DNA of 64,000 nucleotides, taken from contig JANJGN010000011.1 of the NCBI GenBank assembly GCA_026770705.1, forward strand, positions 36,270,001 to 36,334,000, written 5' to 3'. This DNA comes from Isurus oxyrinchus. Taxonomy: Eukaryota. Made by a program: the position numbers and the translations under genes. Positions 49,760 to 63,431 of the stretch are shown here, in pieces. Below the pieces are notes generated by a model. That model had not been told where the DNA came from and ran no database searches. It saw nothing but the letters and a program-made list of their open reading frames with translations. Position 1 is the stretch's first letter. Every line of letters begins with the position of its first letter.

Positions 49760-52072
49760 CAGGAAATTTCCTGGTTCACCAGACCCGTCTTGGCTAAAGT
49801 GCCCCTATCCCCGTAATTTTTGCTATGGGGGCTTGGGGTAGCATATATTCAGCCTCAGAAGCAGAGCAGAGATGGCCATGGGGGCGAGCAAATCCCCAAG
49901 CCGACTGGTTAGAAGGCCCACTTTGGTTTTCTTGGACTTTTTCCCAGTTGTTTTACAAGCTGTTAGGCCTGTTAGCCCTCATCTCTCACATGCCCTCTTC
50001 CCCACCCCCATGCAACGCCCAGCCCCTCATAGCCTCCATCTCAACCCAATTCCAACTCATGCCCCCCATGCTAACCTATGTCCCCAACCACCCATAACCC
50101 TTCATAGCCCTTATGCCTAACTAGTGCCCTCCACTCACTGTCCTTTGACCTTAAACCGCCATGCCAGCGCACCAAATACCTACCATGGGCAGAACTCGGG
50201 GACCATGCTGAGATAAAATAAAATAACGTTCCATTCATGTATTGCAGACATTAGCTAAAGAAACACTAATTCATTAAAAAAACACCCATTTACTACATTT
50301 ATATTCCTTCAGCTACATTATCCCTTATCATGTAACTTGACTAATATAACTTTTTGCTTAAAATAGAAAAAGTTTGAAATCCCAGTTACCCACTTAGAGA
50401 ATAAAGCCACAAAATTCCATGGTTTTAAACAAACTAGCTAAGTTTTACTCTACAAAGTCAGAAAAGTAAAACCATCTACAATATCTATCTTATACTTTAA
50501 CATACAGAATTAACATGTAAAAATATGAATTAACAGGCAAACTGTGGCCGAACCCATCACACTGCACGTTAAATGGCAGATGTGACCAGGACAGATCACA
50601 CGGCCCAGATGTCAGTGATCACTGTGAGTCATAATATCTTAAAATTCTGTCTCTGTCATGAAGGATTTCAACTCTTCACTTTCTATGATTTAGCCTCTGA
50701 ATTCCCTCAAAAGTTGCTCTGACTCGGGTTGCCTCATTGACTGCTAACCACCCAATGGTTCAATCTGTTCTCCTAAGACTGTATTCCGTGGGATTCACAA
50801 AGCCACACTCCGGCATACTTCCAACTCTTTCACAGATTGCTAGCCTCACTAAGCTGACATTGCCCCTGGGTTTCTCTGACCTCCAGTTTCTCGGCTACAC
50901 CGAGCTATAAATGGTTTCCAGGGCTCCTCCTAAACCCCTCCAGCATGGAACCAATGACCACCTGACACCACCTTAGCTCCCTGGGGCTTCTCCTGAGCCT
51001 TTCCCACTTGGAGCCTGCTAACAGCTCACAGAGAAGCTCTGAAAGCTGCGAACCACACAAAGTCCAAACTGTAATGAATGACTCCCAGGGCTTAACTGAG
51101 CCCTAACTGCCTGGAACCTGCTAACAGTTGCATCTTTTCAGTATTACTTCTTTCCCTGCTGCAGAACACTCAGTCTCCCAGCAAACACACAGGTAAATTG
51201 AAATCAGCGAACTTTCTCAAGCTCCATCTATCTCCATGATGACGTAGCCTGCTTTGGTCTATCTTCAAACTGACCACCAAGCCAATTATCCCTCCTTTTA
51301 CAATTTCTCAAGCCAAATAACTCCATCTGCAGTTTTATGGCTCCACCTCTTCCAGCTATTAACCCCTTAAGTCAACATGGCCCCAACTTTTGAAATGTAA
51401 TAGACTCCAAGCTGCTTTCATTCCATTTATCCCATTTTTTACAGTTAAACTTTAATCTTCCCGGAACTGAACTTCTCGGAACTAAACATTGCCCCCCCAA
51501 AATATTAACATGATCTATGAGCTAGATATTCATTACAATGGAGTGAAATAGCAAGCAACCATTTTAACACTCCAGGCAGTTTTTTTCGAAGAGTTAAAGG
51601 GCAAGAGTTTTAAGTGCCCTGACAGCTTGATAGCTCCCTTTGAGAGTTCATCTTGACACTTTTAACAGCTCCAATGAGCTTACATACTTTTTATGCACAT
51701 TCATGCCCACTTTTATCAATCGCAAAGGGTACCTGAACTCCCCCAAAGGTGCCCTGGGACCAGATCCGAGGGGATACTTTACCTCTCCAAAGGGTACTCT
51801 GACTATCCAAACAAATCCACAAAGTTCAGACCTGCTCCTACCAGGTCTAATCTGTGCACATTGGGTCTCAGACACCTCTTATACCAAAATTGCATGAGTA
51901 ATTTCTATGGGTAGCTGCCTCCATGAAATGTGCACGCACAGATCCTTACCCGAGTCCATTTCCACCCCAATGACAATAGTAGGTTCCATGTTCACGGGTG
52001 GGACTTCTGCATTTGGACCTCTTTTACAATTTTTGCAAGGAGAAGATCCTCATCGTTGTGAAAATCCAGGCC
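49760..52072. mobile_element. Non-autonomous Harbinger-type element split by an LTR-like insert
   Basis: Right end gtgaaaatccaggcc; interior similar to 23603-24394. Confidence 0.45.
50331..51537. mobile_element. Probable solo LTR of a second family
   Basis: TGTAA...TTACA termini, non-coding, interrupts another repeat; no clear TSD. Confidence 0.45.
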
Positions 52073-53022
52073 ATTGTCTTCTCTAGCTTGCAACTCCAAA
52101 TTCCATGTGTAGATCAGCCCACTGCAATCAATCCAAAGCTATAAAATAATAGTGGGCTGTGTTAACATGCTACTGACAAACGCACTGAATTTGTTTTCTG
52201 GGTATTCCACACAACACTGAGTTAATATTGGATGTAAAGAGAGGAAAAGATTGGATCCAAAGAGAGGTTAAAAAAAAAGATAATGGGCAAGTGAAAAGAA
52301 AATTAGGAGCAATTTAATACCTATCGAAGTAAGATTCCACAATGTTCATTTGCAGGAACAAAAATCTCAGCCTTCACTATGGCAGGTAATGGCTTTTGGA
52401 AGGTTAATGGCTGACCAGTGCAAACTGTTCAATAATTAGTGACAGTTTGCAGCTCATGGCATATCTCTTCCATGCCACAATATGCTGTGTCTTTTAATGC
52501 AGTGTCCATTTAACTCATCTATTATTTTCCAAACAAATTTGGTGCCATTATTTTACTTTGTAATGATAATCTGACCCACATAGTTACAGAATGTTGAAGC
52601 TATAGCATGTAATTGCACACGGTTAATGTGGTATTACTTCCTAGTTTAGTGATGACCCTTAAAAGATGTTTCAGTTTGTGCACTTTAATTGAGACTAATG
52701 ATATATAAATACTGGACACCTTTATGAAGTATTACTGATGTTTTTCATTTTGTTTTTCCTTCTGCGGAAGAATAAGTATGACCTGACTAGGATATTTGTA
52801 TATCTCTGTGGCAATAAAGGTGAGGCTTCCAAAAGCTCTGTGGTGCTCCACCTTTATTTTCAACATTTCCACTATCTACAAGACAGACATAGAAAAATGG
52901 TACATGAAGTGATAGCAGCAGTGCACCTTGACTGAGCTTAAATGCTGGATCTTTAGGCTATTTCTGGTTTACAATGAAGCAAATCAAAATGATAGCGAGC
53001 GCAGATTGTTATCACTGTTGAG

Positions 53023-53796
53023 TGTTATGACGCGGCAGATGCTGTATGACAGGCGAATCAAATTCACGTGGGAAACTTGATCACGCGGTCACAATTCTGC
53101 CATTTGTATTTTATTTCGAGATCCGTGCCTGAATTCAGTAGTGATAAGTCCACCAAGACTCTAGAGAATTTATATAAAGCTAAATTAAACATTTATTAAC
53201 AAGAGAGAAGATTTCAAGCACATACATAGGTCTACAAATTGCTACTATATTAACTCCTAAAACCGTTAATTAACCTGGCTTCTAGTTACACCCCCTGTTA
53301 AGGCAACAGTAAACAAAAAAAAAATCAGATTTTAAATAAATTCCAGCCAGTTAACACAAATACCCTGTGTGGCTTTTCCCAGCTTTGGTTTTTGTAGACG
53401 GCGGACTTAATGCACAAATACTGAAGGCTTTTCACATTTCTGGTAGATCTTAAAATGCCTCTCCTGACACCCAGCTTCAGTTCCCTTTACATGAAAATTC
53501 CATTGTTCCCATATGTCTTTGGAACTTTTCTCACAATATAAATCTATTCATGGTGCTAATATTGTCAGTAACCTTTAGGAAAAATTAACACAATGCTTGG
53601 CCTAGCTTCTCTGGCTAGGTGTAATATCCTACCATTTCTTTGAAATTCAAACTACCCTGATATATCTAAAAATGCAAATTCTCCTCACTTCACCTTCTAA
53701 AACTTCAGCCATGTTTACATATTTAGTATTCCAAACTTAGTTTCTTTTAATGAATCAAAGCCTCCAGACTAGCTGTCTCCAATTCAATTAAATCCC

Positions 53797-53832
<36 letters not shown>

Positions 53833-53905
53833 TATCCAAACCCCACTATTAACCTACATTTACAATAAATCACAATATTATGAAAATTATTATACTACTG
53901 TGACA
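53023..53905 (-). mobile_element. Solo LTR
   Basis: TGT...ACA termini; flanks TTGAG/GTGAG; colinear with 4342-5264; (CA)n at 53799-53829. Confidence 0.78.
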
Positions 53906-53974
53906 GTGAGGCAGTCAGAGAAATGGCGTTTTTGTGGAGCTAATGGTGGAGTGGTGCAGCTCAAACTACAACTT

Positions 53975-54290
53975 TTGCACATCATCATCTTGCCTGCCTA
54001 TAATATTTATTCCAATTCCCATTCAGCCATCATCCCTGTGCTCGCTGATCTATATTGGCTACTCTTCTATCAAAATTCTAATGCTCGTGTTCAAAACGCT
54101 TTGTTGCTGTGTCTCTCCTTATCTCTAACTTTCTTCAGCTCTACAATCCTCTAAGATTTCTGCATTCCTCCAGTTCTGTCCTCACGCCCATCTCCATTTC
54201 CTTAACCTTACTATTGGTGGCAGCGTCTTCAACTGTCTGGACACCTAAGCTCTGGAATCCTCCTTTAACCTCTCCAACCTTGTCTTAGAA
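53975..54290 (+). mobile_element. L2-clade LINE 3' fragment
   Basis: HSAIIPVLADLYWL, KILMLVFKTL, SPYL, IGGSVFNCL...KLWN follow the L2 ORF2 C-terminal pattern (HITPVL..LHWLP). Confidence 0.7.
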
Positions 54291-54671
54291 AATGATTCAG
54301 AAAATAGAGGGAATGTGCAAAACATAAGGAAGCTAAGGAGGTCTCTAGTTTTAATTTGGAATGTGGTGTATAATAATAGGTTTTATCAAAGAACAACAGT
54401 GAACAGGTGTATAGTAAAAATGGGATTGCGTGTGTAATCTGGGTGGCAAGAGGATGAGAGCAGTTTTTAAATGTGTACTGAAAATTCGCAATGATTTAAT
54501 GGTTTTGATTTACATAAACATACTTTGCTGAACTAAAGTGACAGATGAGGGGGTGGACAAACACTATAAAATAGATTGAACTGTGAATAACTGTACCAGG
54601 AAGTGATATAGAAATTGTTAGAATATTTTCAGTCATTCCAGGTTGTCCTTATGTGCTTTTAAGTTGACACT

Positions 54672-57425
54672 GGGGGAGGCGGTGACATAGTGGTAATGTC
54701 ACCGGACTAAGTTATCTAGAAGCCCAGGATAATGCTTCAGGGACACAAGTTCAAATCCCACCACGGCAGCTGCTGGGAATTTAATTCCAGATTTATTAAT
54801 TTAATTTAAATACTAGTTTTCGTAATAGTGACCATGAAACCATTGTTGATTGTCGTAAAAACCCATCGGGTTCACTAATGCCCTTTAGGGGAGGAAACCT
54901 GCCGTCCCTACCTGGTCTGGCTTACATGTGACTCCAGTCTCTCAGCAATGTAGTTGACTCTTAGCAGCTCTCTGAAATGGCTTAGCAAGCCACACAGCTA
55001 TATCAAACCACTACAATCCCTACAAAAAGGGATGAAACTAGATGGATCACCTGGCATCGATCTAGGTACTGGAAATGACCCAACGCTGTGGTCCTTGCAA
55101 TGTCCTCCTTACTAACATATGGGGGCTTATGCTAAATTAGGAGAGCTGTCTCACAGACTAATCAAGCAATAGCCTGACATAGTCATACTCACAGAATCAT
55201 ACATTACAGACAATATCCCAGACACCACCATCACCATTCCTGTCTTTGGGGCAGGACATACACACCAGAGATAGTGGCACAGCGGTATACGGTCAGCAGG
55301 AAGTTGCCCTGGGAGTTCTCAACATTGACTGTGGACCCCATGAGGAACCATAGCATCAGGTCAAACATGGGCAAGGAAACCTCCTGCTGGTTACCACCTA
55401 CCGGCCCATTCAGCTGATGAATCAGTACTCCGCTACATTGAGCACCACTGGGAGGAAGCACTGAGGGTGGCTAAGGCACAGAATGTACTGTGATCGAGGA
55501 CTCCAATGTCAATCACCAAGAGTGGCTTGGTAGTACCACTACTGACTGAGCTGGTGGAGTATTAAAGGACATAGCTGCTCGACTGGGCCTGCAGCAAGTA
55601 ATGAGGGAACTAACATGGGGGAGAAACCCACTTGACCTCATCCTTACCAGTCCACCTTTAGCAGATGCATCTATCCACTGCACTATTGGGAAGGGTGACC
55701 AGTGACCACCACGCAGTTTTTGTGGAGACAAAGTCCCATCTTCATATTAAGGATACCCTCAATCGTGTTGTGTGGCACTACCACCATGCTAAATGAGAGA
55801 GGTTTCGAACAGATCTAGCAACTCAAAACTGGGCATCCATGAAGCTCTGCGGGTCATCAGCAGCAGCAGAATTATATATAACCACAATCTGTAACCTCAT
55901 GGCCTGGCATATCCCCCACTCAACCATTATCATCAATCGGGGGGATCAACCCTAGTTTGATGAAGAGTGCAGGAGAGCATGCCAGGAGCATCACCAGACA
56001 GCTAAAAATAAGGTATCAACCTGGTGAAGCTATAGAACAGGACTACAGCGGAAGCAACAAGTGATAGACAGAGCTAAGCAATCCCACATCCAACGGATCA
56101 GATCGAAGCTCTGCAGTCCTGCCACATTCAGCCATGATGGTGATGGACAATTTAAACAACCCACTGGAGGAGAAGGCTCCACAAATATTCCCAGCCTCAA
56201 TGGTGGCAGGGTCCAGTGTTTCAATGCAAAAGACAAGCCTGAAGCATTTGCAACAATCTTCGGGTAGAAGTGTAAAGTGAATGATCCATCTCAGCCTCCT
56301 CCAGAGGTTCCCAGCATCATAGGTGCCAATCTTCAGCCAATTCAATTTAGTCCACATGATATCAAGAAACAGCTGAAGGCACTGGATACGGCAAAGGATG
56401 TGGGCCCTGGCAATGTGCCAGCATTAGTACTGTAGATTTGTGCTCCAGAACCAGCTGTATCCTTAGCCAAGCTGTTCCAGTACAGCTATAGCACTGGCAT
56501 CTACCCAGCAATGTGGAAAATAGCCCCTCATATGTCCTGTCCACAAAAAGCAGGACAAATCCAACCTGGCCAATTACCTCCCCATCGGTCTACTCTTGAT
56601 CATCAGCAAAGTAATAGAAAGGGTCCTCAACAGTGCTATCAAGAGGCACTTACTCAGCAATAACCTGCTCACTGACGCTCAGTTTGGGTTCTGTCAGGGC
56701 CACTCAGCTCCTGACTTCATTACGGCCTTGGTCCAAACATGGACAAAAGAGTTGAACTTGGGAGGTGAGGCGAGAGTAATGGCCCTTGATATCAAGGCAG
56801 CATTTGACTGAGCGTGGCACCAAGGAGTCTTAGGAAAACTGAAGTCAATGGAAATCAGCGAGAAAACTCTCCACAGGTTGGAGTCAACCCTACCAAAAAG
56901 GAAGATGGTTGCAGTTGTTGGAAGTCAATTGTCTCAGTCCCAGGACATCACTGCAGGAGTTCCTCAGGGTAGTATCCTAAGCTTCAGCTTCAGCTGCTTC
57001 ATCAATGACTTTCCTTCCATCATAATGTCAGAAGTGGGGTTGTTCACTGATGACAAAACAGTCTGCTTGATTAGCATTCTATCCCCTCCCTTCACCACCA
57101 ATGCACAGTGGCAGCAGATGCACTGCAGCAACTCACCAAAGCTTCTTTGACAGCACCTTCCAAACCTGCAGCCTCTACCACCTACAAGGACACGAGTAAC
57201 AGATGCATGGGAACACTACCACCTGCAAGTTCCCCTCCAAGTCACAAGCCATCCTAACCCTCACTGTCGCTGGGTCAAAACCCTGGAACTCCCTCCGACA
57301 GTACTGTGGGTATACCTGCAGAACATGGACTGCAGTGGTTCAAGAAGGCAGCTCACCACCATCTTCTCAAGGGCAATTAGGGATGGACAATAAAAGTGCC
57401 AGCAAGGCACACAATGCATGAAATA
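54672..57425 (+). mobile_element. Near full-length family A LINE: tRNA-derived head, AP endonuclease and RT, with an internal 3' deletion
   Basis: A box 54683-54693, B box 54749-54758. Endonuclease GELSHRL...DIVILTESY...LDLILT; RT QFGFCQGHSAPD, ALDIKAAFD, GVPQGSIL, FTDD; family tail. Many stops. Confidence 0.88.
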
Positions 57426-58439
57426 ATTTATTTTTAATTCTAATTTTAGCAAAATGCCTTCAGAAAAAATGTTAATGGTCCTGCATTTTGTTGTGTCATC
57501 AGGTTTGTGAAATCTGTTCAGATTTGAAGGCATCACTACCCCAAAAAAGCAAGTTGCAAATCTTTTGTTTGCTGAGTGCAGAATATGACCATACTATAAT
57601 TTGAGTTGAAGTAAATCATTGTAATGCAGAACTGTTACTGTCATGTGATTTTTGTCATGACAAAGTATGCAGCTTCCTCTTTTCTTCAGCTGATGGCGAT
57701 AACATATCTTTAAAGACAAATACATTTTCAATAAGATAATTGCAGCCTTTTGATTTTTTTTGTTACCAAACTACATTTTGTATTAAGAATATTTTAAACT
57801 TATTGTCGTAGTGAGCGAATACTTAGTGCACGGTTAGTCATGTTCTGGTTCCCTTACCAGCCTCCTTTTGGCAAGAATGTGCTTCTTTCAGATAGTGTTA
57901 ATATTTCAAGTCCCGGCTGTTTCTTCGCTGTGAATAAATAATTAATCAACCCACTTGGAAAACTAATGGTTCATGAAGAAATGAAGCACTGAAAGCTGGG
58001 CAATTGCCAAGAGTCGCAGACTGTACAATGACATCACTTTATTTCAACCATGCCACTTTTCAAGAGAGGTGACTATGCATACCCATCTGTTTGTATTAGC
58101 TGTTGTGAAAATGTGAGAGATAACAAATGAATGAGAAGAGATGATATTTTGCAGTATTTGTATTGTGTTAGCTAGACTGAATTTCAGAATAGCTTTTTAC
58201 CTAAATGATCTTACACCAATAGTGCTCTAAACTGGAATATGTGTCTATTTCATAGCTCATTCACCCTTTACCAGCCATGGATACAGTAGTAAGCTGTATT
58301 TTAGATTCAAAATAGCAAATGAATTATGGTTATGACTGATCCATTAGAATTGTGAATTGAAATTAATTAGGGGATAATATTTTCACATCTGCTATCAAGG
58401 TAAAAATAACAACACTAACATCAAACTCAGAGTGGTCGT

Positions 58440-61020
58440 CATATCATAAGATTTAGATTAGTAATGGAGGAGAGCAAGGAACAATCTAAAGTGAATCTTT
58501 TAAATTGGAAGGGGGCTAACTTCAATGCAATGAGAGGGAATCTAGCCAAGTTAAAATGGAACCGAATACTGACAGGAAAACATGGTAACTGAATAAAGGA
58601 TTATCTTTAAAGAGGAGATGTTTCAAGTACAGGCTAGGTACTAGACCAGGAGCCCTAGCAAATCTGGAGTCAATGGGAATCAAGAGGAAAACTGTACACT
58701 TGGTTGGAGGCATGCCTAGCTCAAAGGAAGATGGTTGTGGTTGTTGGAGATCAGTCATCTCAGCTCCAGGACATCACTGCAGGAGTTCCTCAGGGTAGTG
58801 TCCTTGCCCCACCCATCTTCAGCTGCTTCATCAATGACCTTCCTTCCATCATTAGATCAGAACGGAAGATGTTCACAGATGATTGCATAATGTTCAGTAC
58901 CACTCGCAACTCCTCCGATACCGAAGCAGTCCATGTCTAAATGCACCAAGACTTGGGCTGACAAGTAGCAATTAACATTCACACCACACAAGTGCCAGGC
59001 AATGACCATCTCCAACAAGAGAGAATCTAACCATCACCCCTTAAGGTTCAATGGCATTACCATCACTGAATCCACCACTATGAACATCCTGGGGGTTACC
59101 ATTGACCAGAAACTGAACTGAACCAGCCATATAAATACTGTTTTTACAAGAGCATATCAGAGGCTAGGAATCCTGCAGCGAGTAATTCACCTCCTGACTC
59201 CCAAAGCCTGTCCACCATCTACAAGGCACAAGTCAGGATTGAGATGGAATACTGCCCACTTGCCTGGATGAGTGCAGCTCCCACAACACTTGAAGCTTGA
59301 CACCATCCAGAACAAAGCAGCCGGGTTGATTGGCACCCCATCCACAAACATTCACTGCCTCCACCGAGACACAGTAGCAGCAGTGCGTACCATCTAGAAG
59401 ATGCACTGCAGGAATTCACCAAAGCTCCTTAGACAGCACCTTCCAAACCCACAGCCACTACTTAGAAGGACAAGGGCAGCAGATATATGGGAACACTACT
59501 ACCTGAAGGTTTCCCTCCAAGTCATTCGCCAACCTGACTTGGAAATATATCACCATTCCTTCACTGTCACTGGGTCAAAATCTTGGAACTCCCTTCCTAA
59601 CAGCACTGTAGGTGTACCTACACCACATGACTGCAATGGTTCAAGAAGGCGGCTCACCACCACCTTCTCAAGGGCAACTAGGGATGGGCAATAAATGCTG
59701 GCCTAACCAGCAAAGCCCATGAATGAAAAAAAGGTACATTCCGACAAGGGCACAAAGGTAAGGGAGGCAAATTCAGAGCTCCTTGGATGAAGAGGGAGAT
59801 AGAGAATATCATGAAACAAACAAATATGACGTATGATGTACGTCAGATGAATTCTTCAAGCTAGAGCCTGACCAAATACAATGAGTTAGTGAAGAGAAAA
59901 ACATACTTGCAGAGAGGGAATGTGACAATAGAATGACAGTTAACATGGAAGGGAACCCAGGGGTCTTCTACCTGCATGTAAATACTAATCAGGTTGTAAG
60001 AGATGCGGTGAGTCCTCTCAGGGACAAAGAGGGGATGTATGCTTTGAGGTGCAGGACAAGGCTAGAATACCTGATGAGTAATTTATATCTGTCCTTACTA
60101 AGGAAGAGTAATTTGATAAAAGATCAGTAGAAGTGAGGATGGGATGAAAATTAATAGGCAGGATGTACTGGAAAGACTGCTATGCTTAGAATGGATAAGT
60201 CACTGGTCCCGGTGGCTTGCATTCCATGTTGCTAAGGGAAGTGGGAGTGAGAGCTTATCATAATCTTTCAATTTCTTCTAGAGATGGGGAGGTGCCAGAG
60301 GGTTAGAGAATGGCAAATGTGACCCTTTTATTCAAGAAAGGGTGTAACGACAGTCCTAGTAACAACAGGCCAGTCAGTTCAATGTCAAAGATCAGTAAAA
60401 AGCACGGATTTGTAGAAGGCAGATTGTGCTTGACTAATCTGGTTGAATCTTTTGATGAAGTAACAGAGAAGGTTCAGTAAGGGAGTACAATGGATGTTGT
60501 CTATGAGGATTTTAAGAAAGTGTTTATCAAATTACCACAAGCAAAGGCTGGTTAATAAAATTGAGGCTCGTGGAATAGAAGGTCAATGTCAGCTTGGATA
60601 AAAATTGGCTTAGGGCAGAAAGTCATGGTAAATGGTTGTTTTCAGATTGGATCAAGGATCAATGTTAGGACCACTGCTTTTTTTGATATACATGAAAGAC
60701 CTGAATACTGGAATACACAGTAAAATTTTAAAATTTGCCAATGATATCAGACTTAGAGTTGGACAAACTATGAACATGATGCCAGTCAACTACAACAGGG
60801 GTAGGTTAGATGAATGGGCCGGAAGCGGTAGATGGAATTTAATACAAATAACTGTGATGTGATGCATTTTGGCAGAATTAATAGGGACAAGCAATATGGG
60901 CTTAATGGCACAATTCTGAAGTATGCAGGGACAGAGGGATTCTGGGGTTCATGTGCATAGATTTTGCAGGATATAGTTGAGAAAGTGATTAGCAAGGATT
61001 GGACGGCATATTTTTTCTGA
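58440..61020 (+). mobile_element. Degenerate CR1 ORF2 split by a family A LINE
   Basis: NWKGANFNAMRGNL, MANVTLLFKKG, HGFVEGRLCLTNL, QGSMLGPLLFLIYM, KFAND. Confidence 0.8.
58642..59731 (+). mobile_element. 5'-truncated family A LINE with TSD
   Basis: GVPQGSVLAPPIFSCFINDLP...MFTDDC; tail gaatgaaaaaaa; TSD AGGTAC (58636-58641, 59732-59737). Confidence 0.9.
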
Positions 61021-62964
61021 GTGAATAATTGTAACATCAACCTATTTGGAATAGGTGCCCAAACCCAAATGCTATTTCAAGGGGCTAGGCACATTGGGGA
61101 ATGTTTGATTTAAAATCTAATTGATACTGCGTTCAGTATAAATTATGTATGGTCTCACATTAGGAATGTAAAGCACCTGGTGGTTTTCTGGCTATTTACT
61201 TTCCGTACTTTAATTTGATTCTGGCATCAACTTTAGCATCTACCAACAATAAGGTCATTGAGCAGCTCAGCAGTCAATCATATTGAAAAATGTTCACAGA
61301 TAACAAACCAGGAAATAAAATGGACTGATCATCCTTCGCCTTTTTAGAGGGCAAAATAAAGATAGGATCATACACGTGGGATGAAGGTAGAAGCTGAAAT
61401 TTCATCAAATTCTATTAGAAACTTATGGATTTTTTTAAATCATAATGGATAAATTTGACATTGCACTTACATAAAATTAACTTTTCAGGGTCATAGAGGC
61501 TTTTCAGCAGGAATTGTGAAGCTTACCTTCTTAAATGTTCAAATACACCTCATTCAAGAGATATAAGTTTTCAAGGACTTTACAATGAGACAGCATAAGA
61601 AAGGAGGTTTATGTCAATTCAAGTGATTTCTAAAGATTTCCAACCGTGGGGACTTCAATAGTTCAACCTGTAGTGGAGCAATGAATCATTGACAGCAACT
61701 TCTGGATTTCCATGTTCAATTGCATGCATGCAGACATTAGTAGTTGCTCAGTTTCACAGTTGTAATGATGGCAAATGTTCACAGTTTATTCTTCATTACA
61801 ACCCAATATCTGGGCCAATATTATTCTGTATTGGGCCATCTCCATTCTTAAGGAGAGGACAATAGTCATGTAATACATGTGGAGAGCCACATTGCGTTTG
61901 TTATCATTACAGGAAGGAGGTACGTAGATAATTGGTACATTGATGGAGATACTTTTAATACTTAACAAAAAAAGTAAAGGGATTGAGTTTTGCTCCATTA
62001 TTAGTCGTTTTTCTTGAAATGTTTTCCAGCTAAAGAGTATAGTGGACCCTTGATTGCAGTTGATGCTAAATAGGAAGCTGCTATTCTTATATCTGGTAAA
62101 ATCTCTTCCTTGCACTGCTGAAGTAAATGGACAAAGTTTGGAATTGATGCAGTCTGACTTTCTTTTATTGGTAATGGAGTTCAAAGATGAATAATAGATA
62201 AAGTAGGAGCAGGAATTGTGTGTGTGGCTTATGAAGCTCAATGTTATTTATCTTTAATTGATACCAGCCAACAAAATAAAGTCAGGCTAAAGAAAATCCA
62301 GAACTTTAACTTATTTCAACAGTACTGTTGCTTCATTAGCAGCACAGAAGGGAGGAGGAAATACAGGAACCAACCTGCTCTTCTCCCTTGGATCCTGTCT
62401 CTTCTACAGTGCTATGTGATGAATTTTGAATTAAAAGTTGGTGGTTCTCCCATTTTTCTCCAGCAGAGGTAAAAATTGCCTCTCATTTTATTTTTCATTT
62501 AACTGTTAAGCTTCTCAAAAGGTTTAGTCTGTTTTGAAGCAGATTATTTTTACTGGGCTCTTGGTTGCTTTTTTAAAAACAAGCTGATTTAACAAAAGTA
62601 ACATCATAATTGCATGTTAACTTCCAGAAAATGATTAACCTTTAATCCGTTTGAACTTCACTCTGTCACATGACGTGAAAGTAAAATTAATTACCTGGAA
62701 AATCCACAATGGAACACAACTCTTGTGTAAATGCTGAGATTTACCCACTGGACACCTCTGTGGCAGATATTCCAGGGCTAGGGGAAGGTCCTGCAATTTG
62801 AAGCTCCTCTGGGTCCCCTTTGTAAAAAGGAACTGTGATGCAAGTTTTTTTTTCCTTTGGGTACCTATTCCTCAGTCCTAGCCTTAAGTCCCTGGTGGAC
62901 TCACTTCCACACTGGTTAGTGAGTGCCACCTGATCTAACTATTCACTGCGTCCCAGGAGCTTTT

Positions 62965-63198
62965 TTTTATATATTAGTTCAGGCCAGCATTCCCAGAGGG
63001 CATTTAAGAGTCAGTGGGTCTGGAGTCACGTAAGGACAGCAATTTTACATCAAACGTTTATAATTCCAGATTTTTATTGAATTCAGCATCACCATCTGCC
63101 ATGTTGGGAGCCCAAATGGGATTCGAACCCGGGCCCCCAGCTCATTATCACTACTGATACTAGTCCACTGATAATACCACTATGCCATCGCCTCCCCC
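62965..63198 (-). mobile_element. Internally deleted copy of the family A-related SINE
   Basis: Minus strand begins gggggaggcgatggcatagtggta with B box GGTTCGAATCC. Confidence 0.7.
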
Positions 63199-63249
63199 AT
63201 ACAATGCAATGAGTTCATTCTAGTCTTGCCTCATCTTAGACTGATGGCC

Positions 63250-63425
63250 ATTGGCAACACTGACAAGGCAGTACTCATTGTCCATCCTAAATTGCCTTGA
63301 GGGGATTAAAAGTCAACTATGTGGTGCAGAACTGGAGTCACCTGTGAGCCAGACCAGTTAGAGGGGAGACTGCCTAGTCTGTATGACATTAATCAACCAG
63401 TTGGATTTTTGAAACAATCTAGAAC
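63250..63425 (-). mobile_element. 3' part of the family A-related SINE, cut by a PLE
   Basis: ttgtccatcctaaattgccttga...ctggagtcacctgtgagccagacca matches the reverse complement of about 40850-41040. Confidence 0.65.
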
Positions 63426-63431
63426 TTTTAT

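Noticed and set aside
61786-62241. 151-aa minus-strand ORF
   Set aside because: AT-rich composition, no motif and no supporting gene structure.
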